From: an uncultured Chloroflexia bacterium
GTDB lineage: Bacteria > Chloroflexota > Limnocylindria > Limnocylindrales > CSP1-4
Assembly: GCA_963746845.1 (NCBI GenBank)
Contig: CAVVCZ010000004.1
Coordinates: forward strand, 320,001 to 384,000
Direction: 5' to 3'
DNA length: 64,000 nt
Below are positions 55,501 to 64,000 of this stretch, one piece after another. Every line of letters begins with the position of its first letter. The stretch's first letter is position 1. Below the pieces are notes generated by a model, which saw only the letters and a list, made by a program, of their open reading frames with translations, did no database searches and was not told where the DNA came from. A program made the position numbers and the translations under genes.

Positions 55501-55695
55501 TCATTGCGGCCGAGCCAGCGAATAGGCCGCCTCACCGGCCAGGCGGTTCCCGAACCGGATGATCCGCGTGCCGATGGCACGCCGGATCGACGGCGCGGGC
55601 GTCTCGAACTGGCGGCTGATGGCCGCCCGGTCGAAGGCCTGCTGGCGAAGCTCGTTGATCAGCCAGAGCTGGTCGTTGGCGTTCGCGAACTGCAT
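55501..55695 (-). CDS. 64-aa small hypothetical protein inside the ABC operon
   Basis: Strong AAAGGAGGTGA RBS; MQFANANDQLWLINELRQQAFDRAAISRQF... Confidence 0.7.
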   Translation of the reverse strand: MQFANANDQLWLINELRQQAFDRAAISRQFETPAPSIRRAIGTRIIRFGNRLAGEAAYSLARPQ

Positions 55696-55712
55696 CTCGT
55701 TCTCACCTCCTT

Positions 55713-56600
55713 TCATTCGGTGTCGTCGTCGGCCTCGTCCTCGACGTCGTCGTCGAGCGAGCGGCCGGTGTGGGTCATGAAGACGTCGTGGAGGGTCGCG
55801 GTCCGACCCGTCCGTGCTGCCTCGGTCGCGATCAGGCCGGCCGGCGTGTCCTCGACGACGACCCGGCCGCCGGCCAGGACCGTGATCGAGTCGCACAGCC
55901 GCTCGGCCTCGTCCAGGTCGTGCGTCGTGAGGACGATCGACGCGTCGTGCGTCTCCCGGAGCTCCTCGATGAACGCCTGGACGTCGAGCTTCGAGCGCGG
56001 ATCGAGACCCGTCGTCGGCTCGTCGAGCAGGAGGAGCGACGGGCTCGTCAACAGGGCTCGCGCGATGGCGACCTTCTGCTGCATCCCCCGGCTCATCTGC
56101 TCGATGGGCCGGCCCACCCGCTTCTCGCTGATCCCGAGGCGACCCAGGATCGCGATGGCCTCGTGCTTCGCCTGCGCCGCCTCGAGGCCATAGAGCCTGG
56201 CGGCGAAGAGGAGGTTCTCCATCGGGCTGAGCTTCTTGAAGAAGGCGGCGTCGACGCTGACCCGGTTGATCAGCCGCTTGACCTCCATCTCGTCTCGCTC
56301 GATGTCGAAGCCGAAGACCGAGACCCGGCCCTCGTCCAGGGTCAGCAGGCCCGAGACGAGGCGGATGAGGGTGGACTTGCCCGACCCGTTGGCGCCGAGG
56401 ATCCCGACGATGTCGCCCCGCTCGAGGCGGAGGGACACGTCCGCGATCGCGATGACGGGCGTGCGCTTGCGACCGACGACGAACCGCTTGGTGACGCCCT
56501 CCACGAGGAGCGCCGGCACGGCCGTGTCGACCGCCCGCGCAGCGCCGCTGGCGCCGTCTGGACGGGCGATCTTCTGTTGTCCGAGGACGGTGGCGGTCAC
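55713..56600 (-). CDS. ABC exporter ATP-binding protein (DrrA-like)
   Basis: GANGSGKST, MSRGMQQK, LDEPTTGLD, TTHDL. Confidence 0.95.
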   Translation of the reverse strand: MTATVLGQQKIARPDGASGAARAVDTAVPALLVEGVTKRFVVGRKRTPVIAIADVSLRLERGDIVGILGANGSGKSTLIRLVSGLLTLDEGRVSVFGFDIERDEMEVKRLINRVSVDAAFFKKLSPMENLLFAARLYGLEAAQAKHEAIAILGRLGISEKRVGRPIEQMSRGMQQKVAIARALLTSPSLLLLDEPTTGLDPRSKLDVQAFIEELRETHDASIVLTTHDLDEAERLCDSITVLAGGRVVVEDTPAGLIATEAARTGRTATLHDVFMTHTGRSLDDDVEDEADDDTE

Positions 56601-56759
56601 TGCACTGGGCTCCTGGTGGTTCGCGCGGTAGGGACGACTGGTGGCGTTTCCGCTGCGGATCCGGTGACCGGGAATCGATCGAGCCGCGGACCCGGTTCGA
56701 TGCTCCGGCGCATCGCGTGGGCTCGCGGCTCGGGTGACGGCTCTCCGCGGAGAGGCATC

Positions 56760-56791
56760 AAAAAAGCCGGGGGCCCGTCTGGCCCACGGCT
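56760..56791 (-). terminator. Intrinsic terminator in the 5' leader of the ABC operon (attenuator)
   Basis: Minus strand AGCCGtGGGCC-agacg-GGCCCcCGGCT followed by a T run (six T including the stem end). Confidence 0.8.
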
Positions 56792-56827
56792 CGTGGTTCG
56801 TCTGGAGGGCGGACTCGCCGCCTCAGG

Positions 56828-56914
56828 CTAGCTCGAGATGGGCACAGATCTCCCGCTCACGACGGCACTGAGGGGTGCGGTCGTGCGCCGGTAGAACTCG
56901 GTGTTCATCTGCAT
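56828..56914 (-). CDS. Putative 28-aa leader peptide
   Basis: GGAGG RBS; MQMNTEFYRRTTAPLSAVVSGRSVPISS*; ends about 36 nt before the terminator. Confidence 0.6.
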   Translation of the reverse strand: MQMNTEFYRRTTAPLSAVVSGRSVPISS

Positions 56915-57064
56915 TCGGAGTGACCTCCGCGAGCTGGATGGGACGGGCGATCTGCACGCCGGCGGGCAGTCTACGCGCGTCGAGGACGCGACGTCAACCG
57001 GGCGGAACGACGATGTCGGCCATGCGACAGATGACGTAGGGCGGGTGAGTGCCGACCCCGCCGA

Positions 57065-57234
57065 TGTGCATCGTATGCACACGTCGACACAGCCCGGCTG
57101 CGTTCGTGTCGGAGTCGTGCACCTCGTGCACAGGTTCGCCCCAGGGCGGCGGAAACGTGCATCCGATGCTTGGTTCGCGACCATTTCCGGTGCGACACAC
57201 AGGCCAAGCATTGCGACGCGTGCACCCGGTGCAA
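57065..57234. repeat. Four GTGCA-N5-TGCAC-type palindromes
   Basis: Copies at 57066, 57117, 57157 and 57220. Confidence 0.7.
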
Positions 57235-57255
57235 GCGGCACAATCGAGCCGGACA

Positions 57256-57858
57256 TCAGAGGTCCAGCCGGACCACGGGGCGGGGCCAGCGGGTTGCGCC
57301 CGGCCGGCGCTCGCCGACGACGTCGAACCCCGCTCCCAGGAACATCCGGAGCGTCCCCCCGTAGGCGATCGGCGTCGGGATCCGCTGACCACCGGGCTCG
57401 ATCGGGTAGGCCTCGACCGAGCCCGCGCCGCCGGTCCTGGCGTGGTCGACGCCCGCGGCCAGCATGGCCCGCGCCAGGCCCCGGCCCCGTTCGCGGCGAT
57501 CGACCACGAAGCAGACGATCGACCAGACGGGCGCCCTGGCAGACGCGTCGGACATGTGGTTCTCGCGCCCTGCGAGCTTCAGGAACCCGTCCCGGGGCCC
57601 GACGCTCACCCACGCAACGACCCGGCCGTCGCGGTAGCCCAGGAGACCCGGCGATGGTCCGCGAACGGTCCGCTCGGTGAGGACCTCCCGGTTCTCGTCC
57701 CGCGGCCGTGCCTTGACGGAGCCCGTGATGTGGAACGAGGCGCACCAGCACCACTTCGGGTCGCCCGGCTGCTCGAACAGACCGGCGAGATCCTCGAGAC
57801 GGTCAGGGGTCAGCGGCCGGATGTCGAGCCCGGTCTCGGCCGGCACTTCCGCCATCAC
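57256..57858 (-). CDS. GNAT acetyltransferase with N-terminal CWC motif
   Basis: CWC, AWVSVGPR, WSIVCFVV...RGRGL, VEAYP. Confidence 0.88.
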   Translation of the reverse strand: MMAEVPAETGLDIRPLTPDRLEDLAGLFEQPGDPKWCWCASFHITGSVKARPRDENREVLTERTVRGPSPGLLGYRDGRVVAWVSVGPRDGFLKLAGRENHMSDASARAPVWSIVCFVVDRRERGRGLARAMLAAGVDHARTGGAGSVEAYPIEPGGQRIPTPIAYGGTLRMFLGAGFDVVGERRPGATRWPRPVVRLDL

Positions 57859-58448
57859 GATTCGATCGATCGCCGGACGATGACCCGACGGACGGTCGCC
57901 TGTGGCGAGTCGATCCGGTGGACGACCTCGAAGCCGGCGGCCTCGAACGTCGACAGGAGCCCTGTGTACCCGAGTGCGGCCGGGACGCGCCCGTCGCCGG
58001 GATCGACCGGGTACGCCTCGATTCCCGGCGCGCCGTGGTCCCGGGCGTACTCGGTGGCCGCCTCGAGCAGCAGCGTCGTGAGGCCCTCGCCACGTGCCGC
58101 CTTGGAGACCACGAAGCAGACGACCGACCAGACCGGCGTGTCGTCGATCCTCGGGCGGACCCGTGAGTTCGTCAGGCGTTCGTAGTCCTCACGAGGCGCG
58201 ACGCTGACCCAGCCGATCGCCCGGCCATCCCGAGAGGCGAGGAGCCCGGGCGCCGGGTCGCGCCCCTCGTCGACGAGGGCGTGGAATCCCTCCCGGGTCT
58301 CCGCGCTGTTCGTGAACGACCAGTCCTTCGACCGGAGCCGCCAGAACATGCACCAGCAGGTCTTCGGGTCCCCACCCTCGCTGAACAGCGCGGCGACGTC
58401 GTCCCAGCGATCCGGGGTCAGCGGGACGATCTCGAGCGCCTCGTCCAT
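57855..58448 (-). CDS. GNAT acetyltransferase with CWC motif (tandem paralogue)
   Basis: CWCMFWR, GWVSVAPR, WSVVCFVV, IEAYP. Confidence 0.88.
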   Translation of the reverse strand: MDEALEIVPLTPDRWDDVAALFSEGGDPKTCWCMFWRLRSKDWSFTNSAETREGFHALVDEGRDPAPGLLASRDGRAIGWVSVAPREDYERLTNSRVRPRIDDTPVWSVVCFVVSKAARGEGLTTLLLEAATEYARDHGAPGIEAYPVDPGDGRVPAALGYTGLLSTFEAAGFEVVHRIDSPQATVRRVIVRRSIES

Positions 58449-58498
58449 GCCCCGCATCCTAGACCGTCGATCCGCCAGTCCCTGTCATCATCGAGGCG

Positions 58499-59416
58499 AT
58501 GGACGACGAGCGCCTCGCCTGGCTCCGGGCTGCGGTCGCGCCGCCGCGGCGGTCGATCGTCGAGCTGGTCGGGGGCGGGGTTCTGGACCCCGAGCTCGCG
58601 GGCCTCGCATGGCTGCTGCTCGAGGCCCGACTGCCATTGATCGTCGCCGGACTCGCCCAGGGTGCCGGCAAGACGACCCTGTTCGATGCCCTGCTGGACT
58701 TCCTGCCGGCGACCACCCGCCGGATCGACCTCGCGGGTGTCGAGGAAGACTTCGCATGGCTGCCCGAGGCGCCGGCGCTCGGCTGGCCGTCCTCGACGAG
58801 CGAGCTCTACGTCCCGCCGACGTCCGTGCTGCCCGTCACGCCGGCCTCGGGGTACCTGGTGGCGGCCGAGCTGTCCGCCCACCTGCCGCTCTACACCTGG
58901 GGCGAGGCGGCCCGGACGCTGGTCCGGGCGGCGTCGCTCGGGTACGGGATCGGTGCCACGATCCACGCGGATCGGCTCGAGGACGTCCACGACGAGCTCC
59001 GGTCGCCGTCCGTGGGTCTGACCGACGACGAGCTCTCGTATCTGGGGCTGATCCTCGTCATCCGGCCGGAGCGCGGCCCGGACGGTCACGTCCGCAGGCG
59101 GGTCGTCGCCGCCCACTACGCACGGCCGGTGGGTCGAGACGAGCACGGCCACGTCCAGCGCCTGCCACCGGCGGTCGTCGCGGTCCGCGACGAGCGGTCC
59201 GACCGGCTCGAGCACTTCGCGTGGGGGATCATGCCGGAGCTCGCGATCCGCCTGGGGCGGAAGGCCGGCGACCTCGAGGCCGACCATGCCGAGCGTGCGG
59301 AGCTGCTCCGGCAGCTGGCAGCCGAGGGCGTCGTCGACGTGGACTCGGTCCGTCACGAGATCGCGGCATTCGTCGGCGCGCATTCGTCGGCGCGCGACCG
59401 ATCACCGCTGCACTGA
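58499..59416 (+). CDS. P-loop ATPase, CpaF/VirB11-like, without an N-terminal domain
   Basis: GAGKTT Walker A, ATIHA His-box-like motif. Confidence 0.65.
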   Translation: MDDERLAWLRAAVAPPRRSIVELVGGGVLDPELAGLAWLLLEARLPLIVAGLAQGAGKTTLFDALLDFLPATTRRIDLAGVEEDFAWLPEAPALGWPSSTSELYVPPTSVLPVTPASGYLVAAELSAHLPLYTWGEAARTLVRAASLGYGIGATIHADRLEDVHDELRSPSVGLTDDELSYLGLILVIRPERGPDGHVRRRVVAAHYARPVGRDEHGHVQRLPPAVVAVRDERSDRLEHFAWGIMPELAIRLGRKAGDLEADHAERAELLRQLAAEGVVDVDSVRHEIAAFVGAHSSARDRSPLH

Positions 59417-59423
59417 GCAGCTC

Positions 59424-59513
59424 GTGCTGACCGGCATCGACCATCTCGTGATCGCGGTGACGGACCCGGACGCCGGAGTGACCATCGTCGTCGGTCCGTC
59501 GGTGCCAAGATGA
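59424..59513 (+). pseudogene. Remnant N-terminus of a VOC/glyoxalase-like gene
   Basis: (V)LTGIDHLVIAVTDPDA, then a stop after about 29 codons. Confidence 0.5.
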
Positions 59514-62188
59514 CCCAGCCGATGGGACTTCCGACCGGTCCAGCCGTCACGTTCCTGTTCACCGACATCGAGGGCTCGACGCGCCTCGAGCGCGCCGTCG
59601 GTTCGGCCGCCTGGGCGGGGATCGTCGCCCGCCACGATGCGCTGCTTCGTGGCGCGATCGAGACGAACGGCGGCGCCGTCGTCAAGACCGAGGGCGACGC
59701 GTTCTTCGCGGCCTTCGCGCGGCCCGTCGACGCCGTACGAGCGGCCGTCGACGCCCAGCGAGCCCTCGCCGCCGAACCCTGGCCGGATGACGCGACGCTC
59801 CGGGTCCGGATGGGCCTCCACCTCGGCGAGGGTCGGCTCCGCCACGCCGGACCGGACGGCGACCATCCAGAGGACTACGTCGGGATCGACGTGAACTACA
59901 CGGCCCGCATCACGGCTGCCGGAAACGGCGGCCAGGTCGTCGTGTCCGATGCGCTGGCCATCGCCGTCCGGGACGACGTGGCGGCAAAGCCAGCGCTCGG
60001 GGACGCCGAGCTCGTGGACGAGGGGCTTCGCGCCGTCAAGGACTTCGACGATCCCGCGCGGCTTCATCGCCTGGTGATCCCCGGCGCGGCCGACGACATC
60101 CGCCGCCTGCGGACGAGCGACGCACCGTCGAACCTCCCGGGCGAGGTCACCGCGCTCGTCGGCCGCGAGGCGGAGATCGAGCTCCTCCGCGAGGCGCTCG
60201 GGACGAGCCGGATCGTGACCCTGACCGGACCGGGCGGCAGCGGCAAGACCCGCCTCGCGCTGGGCGTCGCCCGCACCACGGTCGACCGGTTCCCGCACGG
60301 CTCCTGGTTCGTCGACCTGGCCGCGCTGCGCGAGCCCACGCTGCTCGAGGCCGCGATCGCCGCAACGATCGGGGTCCGCGAGACGACCGATCAGACCGTC
60401 GCCGAGGCCCTCGGGTCCCGGCTTCGGGACCAGACCGCGCTGTTCGTCCTCGACAACCTCGAGCAGCTCCTTCCGGATGCCGCGGACCGTGTCGCGGGGC
60501 TCGTCCGCGCAGCGCCCGAGATCCGGATCCTCGTGACCAGCCGCGAGCTGCTGAGGATCTCGGGCGAGCGTGGGTTCCCGGTTCCTCCTCTCGACGGATC
60601 GGCCGGCGTCGCGCTGTTCGAGGACCGGGCGCGCGGCCATCGACCCGACTTCCTCCTGACCGACGAGGGTCGGGCAGCGATCCGTGCGATCTGCGACCGG
60701 CTCGGCGGCCTGCCCCTCGCGATCGAGCTCGCGGCGGCGCGGATCCGGACCTTGAGCCCGGCCCAGATCCTCGAGCGACTCGGTCGCAGCCTGGACCTGG
60801 CCGGTGGCAGTCGCGACCTGCCGGAGCGCCAGCGCACGCTCCGCGGCGCGATCACCTGGAGCCATGACCTGCTGTCCGACGCGGAGCGCCGCCTGTTCCG
60901 ACGGCTGGCGGTGTTCGCCGGCGGGTGGACGGTCGACGGGGCCGAGGCCGTCACGAACGCGGACGGCGATCTCGGCATCGACCTCGTCGACGGGCTGGAG
61001 TCGCTCGCCGACAAGAGCCTGGTGCGGGTCGAGCCCGACGACGACGGCGGCGGGGGCGGGAGCGGGAGCGACGAGACCCGCTTCGGGCTCCACCCGCTCC
61101 TTCGCGAGTACGCCGTCGAGCGCCTCGAGGACGGGGGCGAGCTGGCTGCGATGCAGCTCCGGCACGCGGATCTCATGACCGTGGTCGCCGAGCGGCTCGG
61201 CTCGGGCATCCTCGGCGCCGACGGCGAGGCCCGGATCACCCGGCTCGATCACGAGGAGTACAACCTCCGTGCTGCGATCGACTGGTCGCTGGCGAACGAC
61301 CGATCCGACGTCGGCCTTCGCCTGATGGCAACCACCTGGCGCTGGTTCCAGCAGCGCGGCCGGCTGCGCGAGGGCCTCGCCATCCTCGCCGAGCTCCTTG
61401 CACGGCCGGCAGGCGATGTCCGCGTCCGGATCGGCGGGCTCGCCGCCCAGGGTGGCCTGGCGTACTGGATGGACGACCTTGCGCTGGCGCGGGCCGCCTA
61501 CGACGAACGCCTGGAGCTCGCATCGGGCACCGGCGATCCAGTGCTTGTCGCCGACGCTCACTACGACCGCGGCTTCCTGTCGATGGCGGAACGGGACGGC
61601 GAGAGCCTTCGCCGCCACGAGCAGGAAGCCCTGAACCTGTACCTCGCGGCGGATCGGGGGGACGACGTGCTCCGGGCGCGTTCGGCCCTGGTGCTCGGGG
61701 TCTTCCTGGCCGGCGACGATGCCCAGGCGATCGCGCTCCAGGAGGAGAACCTGGCCGCATACCGAAGGAACGCGTCCCGGAACGAGATCGCCGACGCGTC
61801 GACGCTTCTGGCGGGCATCCTCTTCCGGCACGGGGAGCCGGCGCTGGCCTGGGAGCGGATGATCGAGGGCCTGCGGACCTTCGCCGCAAGCGAGTTCTGG
61901 TCGGGGATCGCTCGCGACCTGGTGGTGGCCGCGCAGCTCCAGGTCGTCCATGGCGATGCCGAGCTCGGCGCGCGGGTCGCGGGCGCCGTTCATGAGCTCG
62001 CGCGGGAGCGGGGCCTGATGCTGGCTCCGATCAAGATCCTCCACCTGCCGGACCCGGCCGAGCTGGCCGTCGAGCGGCTCGGCCAGCACCGCGCCGAGGA
62101 GCTCCTCCGGGCCGGCGCCGCGGTTCCCATCGACGAGGTCATCGACGAGGTCCTGGCCGCGCCGGTGCCCACCGGCGCCCTCGTTTGA
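59510..62188 (+). CDS. Adenylate/guanylate cyclase - STAND ATPase - TPR-like signalling protein
   Basis: FLFTDIEGST, KTEGDAF, VRMGLHLG; GPGGSGKTRL, LDNLEQ, GLPLAIELAAA. Confidence 0.92.
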   Translation: MTQPMGLPTGPAVTFLFTDIEGSTRLERAVGSAAWAGIVARHDALLRGAIETNGGAVVKTEGDAFFAAFARPVDAVRAAVDAQRALAAEPWPDDATLRVRMGLHLGEGRLRHAGPDGDHPEDYVGIDVNYTARITAAGNGGQVVVSDALAIAVRDDVAAKPALGDAELVDEGLRAVKDFDDPARLHRLVIPGAADDIRRLRTSDAPSNLPGEVTALVGREAEIELLREALGTSRIVTLTGPGGSGKTRLALGVARTTVDRFPHGSWFVDLAALREPTLLEAAIAATIGVRETTDQTVAEALGSRLRDQTALFVLDNLEQLLPDAADRVAGLVRAAPEIRILVTSRELLRISGERGFPVPPLDGSAGVALFEDRARGHRPDFLLTDEGRAAIRAICDRLGGLPLAIELAAARIRTLSPAQILERLGRSLDLAGGSRDLPERQRTLRGAITWSHDLLSDAERRLFRRLAVFAGGWTVDGAEAVTNADGDLGIDLVDGLESLADKSLVRVEPDDDGGGGGSGSDETRFGLHPLLREYAVERLEDGGELAAMQLRHADLMTVVAERLGSGILGADGEARITRLDHEEYNLRAAIDWSLANDRSDVGLRLMATTWRWFQQRGRLREGLAILAELLARPAGDVRVRIGGLAAQGGLAYWMDDLALARAAYDERLELASGTGDPVLVADAHYDRGFLSMAERDGESLRRHEQEALNLYLAADRGDDVLRARSALVLGVFLAGDDAQAIALQEENLAAYRRNASRNEIADASTLLAGILFRHGEPALAWERMIEGLRTFAASEFWSGIARDLVVAAQLQVVHGDAELGARVAGAVHELARERGLMLAPIKILHLPDPAELAVERLGQHRAEELLRAGAAVPIDEVIDEVLAAPVPTGALV

Positions 62189-62221
62189 CGCCTCGCGGAG
62201 CCGGTCGTACGCTCGCCGCCC

Positions 62222-63670
62222 GTGCCACCGACCACTGACGATCCCGCCCGCCGACCGCAGACCCTCGGGGAGCTGCGCGCCGCGGGCTGGTCCGGGCGCT
62301 CGGTCAAGGAAGAGCTCCGGGCCAATCTGCTGGCGCGGCTGGCCGCGGGGCGCCCGATCATGTCGGGCATCGTCGGGTACGACGAATCCGTCCTGCCAGC
62401 CGTCGAGAACGCGATCATCGCGGGGCAGGATCTCGTCTTCCTCGGCGAGCGCGGGCAGGCCAAGACGCGTCTGGCGCGCCTCCTGGTGGGGCTGCTGGAC
62501 GAGGCGATCCCCGTCGTGCGCGGCGGAGAGCTGAACGACGACCCGCTCGCGCCGATCTCGCCGAGCGCCATCGCCATCGTCGCCGAGCACGGGGACGACA
62601 CCCCGATCGACTGGCTGCCCCGCGACCGTCGCTACGCGGAGAAGCTCGCGACACCGGACATCACGATCGCCGACCTGATCGGCGAGGTCGATCCCATCCG
62701 GGTCGCCGAGGGCCGCTACCTGAGCGACGAGCTGACGCTCCACTACGGGCTGATCCCGCGTTCGAACCGCGGGATCTTCGCGATCAACGAGCTGCCCGAC
62801 CTCGCGGAACGGATCCAGGTGGGCCTCCTGAACATCCTCGAGGAGCGCGACGTCCAGATCCGCGGCTTCCAGGTCCGGCTTCCGCTCGACCTGTTCGTCG
62901 TCGCGAGCGCCAACCCCGAGGACTACACGAGCCGCGGCCGGATCATCACGCCGCTCAAGGACCGCCTCGGGTCGCAGATCCGGACGCACTATCCGCGGAC
63001 CTTGGACCACGAGCTCGAGATCGTCCGCCAGGAGAAGCAGCGCTTCGCCGGCGGCGACGACGAGCCCGCGATCGCGGTGCCCGGGTTCATGGAGGAGCTG
63101 CTCGCCGAGCTGACCCACCTCGCGCGGCGATCGCCCGAGATCAGCCAGCGTTCCGGCGTCAGCGTCCGGGTCACGGTCGCGAACACCGAGGTGCTCGAGG
63201 CGGCCGCCCTCCGCCGCGCCGTCCGGCTCGGCGAGACCGTGGCCGCGCCGCGCGTCTCCGACCTGGGTGCCGTCGTCGCCTCGACCGTCGGCAAGATCGA
63301 GCTCGAGTCCGTCGGCGACGACGCGCCCGAGGAGCGGATCGTCGAGCGGCTGATCACGAAGGCCCTGTTCGCGACGTTCGGGCGGCGGGTCGACCTGGAC
63401 GACCTCGATGACGTGGTCGTCTCGTTCGAGGACGGTCTCGTGATCGAGACGGGTGACCGCGTGCCGTCGCGCGAGTACGTCCACTGGATGGGCGAGGTCC
63501 CCGGGCTGCATGACGCCGTCCGGCGGCTCGGCACGTTCGATGTCACGGACGGGGCGGAGGAGCCGGCGGTCGTCGCGTCAGCGGTCGAGTTCCTCCTCGA
63601 GGGCCTTCACCTCTCCCGGCGGATCAACAAGGACCGCTCGGGCTCCGGAGCCGTCGTCTACCGGCGATGA
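62222..63670 (+). CDS. Magnesium chelatase-like AAA+ ATPase
   Basis: GERGQAKTR, INELPDLAERIQVGLLN, ANPEDYT. Confidence 0.88.
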   Translation: MPPTTDDPARRPQTLGELRAAGWSGRSVKEELRANLLARLAAGRPIMSGIVGYDESVLPAVENAIIAGQDLVFLGERGQAKTRLARLLVGLLDEAIPVVRGGELNDDPLAPISPSAIAIVAEHGDDTPIDWLPRDRRYAEKLATPDITIADLIGEVDPIRVAEGRYLSDELTLHYGLIPRSNRGIFAINELPDLAERIQVGLLNILEERDVQIRGFQVRLPLDLFVVASANPEDYTSRGRIITPLKDRLGSQIRTHYPRTLDHELEIVRQEKQRFAGGDDEPAIAVPGFMEELLAELTHLARRSPEISQRSGVSVRVTVANTEVLEAAALRRAVRLGETVAAPRVSDLGAVVASTVGKIELESVGDDAPEERIVERLITKALFATFGRRVDLDDLDDVVVSFEDGLVIETGDRVPSREYVHWMGEVPGLHDAVRRLGTFDVTDGAEEPAVVASAVEFLLEGLHLSRRINKDRSGSGAVVYRR

Positions 63671-63686
63671 GCGACGGCGACGGCAG

Positions 63687-64000
63687 ATGACCGCGTCGTA
63701 CTCGCCCGACCCGCGCGACCTCGAGGCGCCCGGCGCCGCGTCGTCCGGCCGGGATCCGCTGCTGGCCCGCGCCGCCCGCTACGCGCGCTGGGACGGCACC
63801 CAGACGATCCCCGCCCTCGATGCCGACGAGATCCTCGACGCGATGGCCGACGACGTCATGGCCGAGGGCGACCTGTCCGAGGCGCTCCGGCGGTTGATGG
63901 AGCGCGGCTGGCGGACCTCGGACCCAACGCGCAGGGACCTCGCCGGGCTGAACGAGCTGCGCGAGCGCCTCCGCCGGCGCCGCGAGGAGCTCCAGGAGCG
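63687..64000 (+). CDS. Probable VWA-domain partner of the AAA+ ATPase (3' truncated)
   Basis: Open frame from ATG 63687 with RYARWDGTQ...ALRRLMERG; the usual neighbour of this ATPase type. Confidence 0.65.
   Translation, partial: MTASYSPDPRDLEAPGAASSGRDPLLARAARYARWDGTQTIPALDADEILDAMADDVMAEGDLSEALRRLMERGWRTSDPTRRDLAGLNELRERLRRRREELQE

Noticed and set aside
59402-63511. Very long antisense ORFs (1369 aa here; also 18016-20577, 23606-26278, 38973-41684)
   Set aside because: Shadow frames of real high-GC genes, with no recognisable motifs.

Overview
A high-GC bacterial chromosome segment. The gene set and style suggest Chloroflexota or an Actinobacteria-like soil lineage (inference only). No rRNA, tRNA, CRISPR array, transposase or integrase was recognised. 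The backbone has two molybdoenzyme clusters: a form II-like coxS-L-M (AYRGAGR, 17.7-21.5 kb) with coxD/coxE/xdhC/mocA, and a true form I aerobic CO dehydrogenase coxM-S-L (AYRCSFR, 43.9-47.7 kb) with an XdhC-YHS fusion and coxG. It also has M16 peptidases, an ECF sigma locus, a two-component system, a sugar ABC operon with LacI, GNATs, rsgA and STAND ATPases. The most unusual signal lies between the two cox clusters (about 32.2-38.6 kb). Unrelated, co-oriented genes there are separated one by one by six copies of a 17-bp direct repeat (ACCYTTMCCTTGCAYTG). Each copy is immediately preceded by a stop triplet and most sit in a short covarying stem. This looks like an integron-like cassette array with a site that is not attC, and no recombinase is present in the window. 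Other notable signals are an HTH-nuclease gene bounded by palindromic inverted repeats, several families of intergenic palindrome clusters, and a leader-peptide/attenuator ahead of an ABC exporter-rsgA-GNAT operon. Three genes carry indels that look like sequencing errors.
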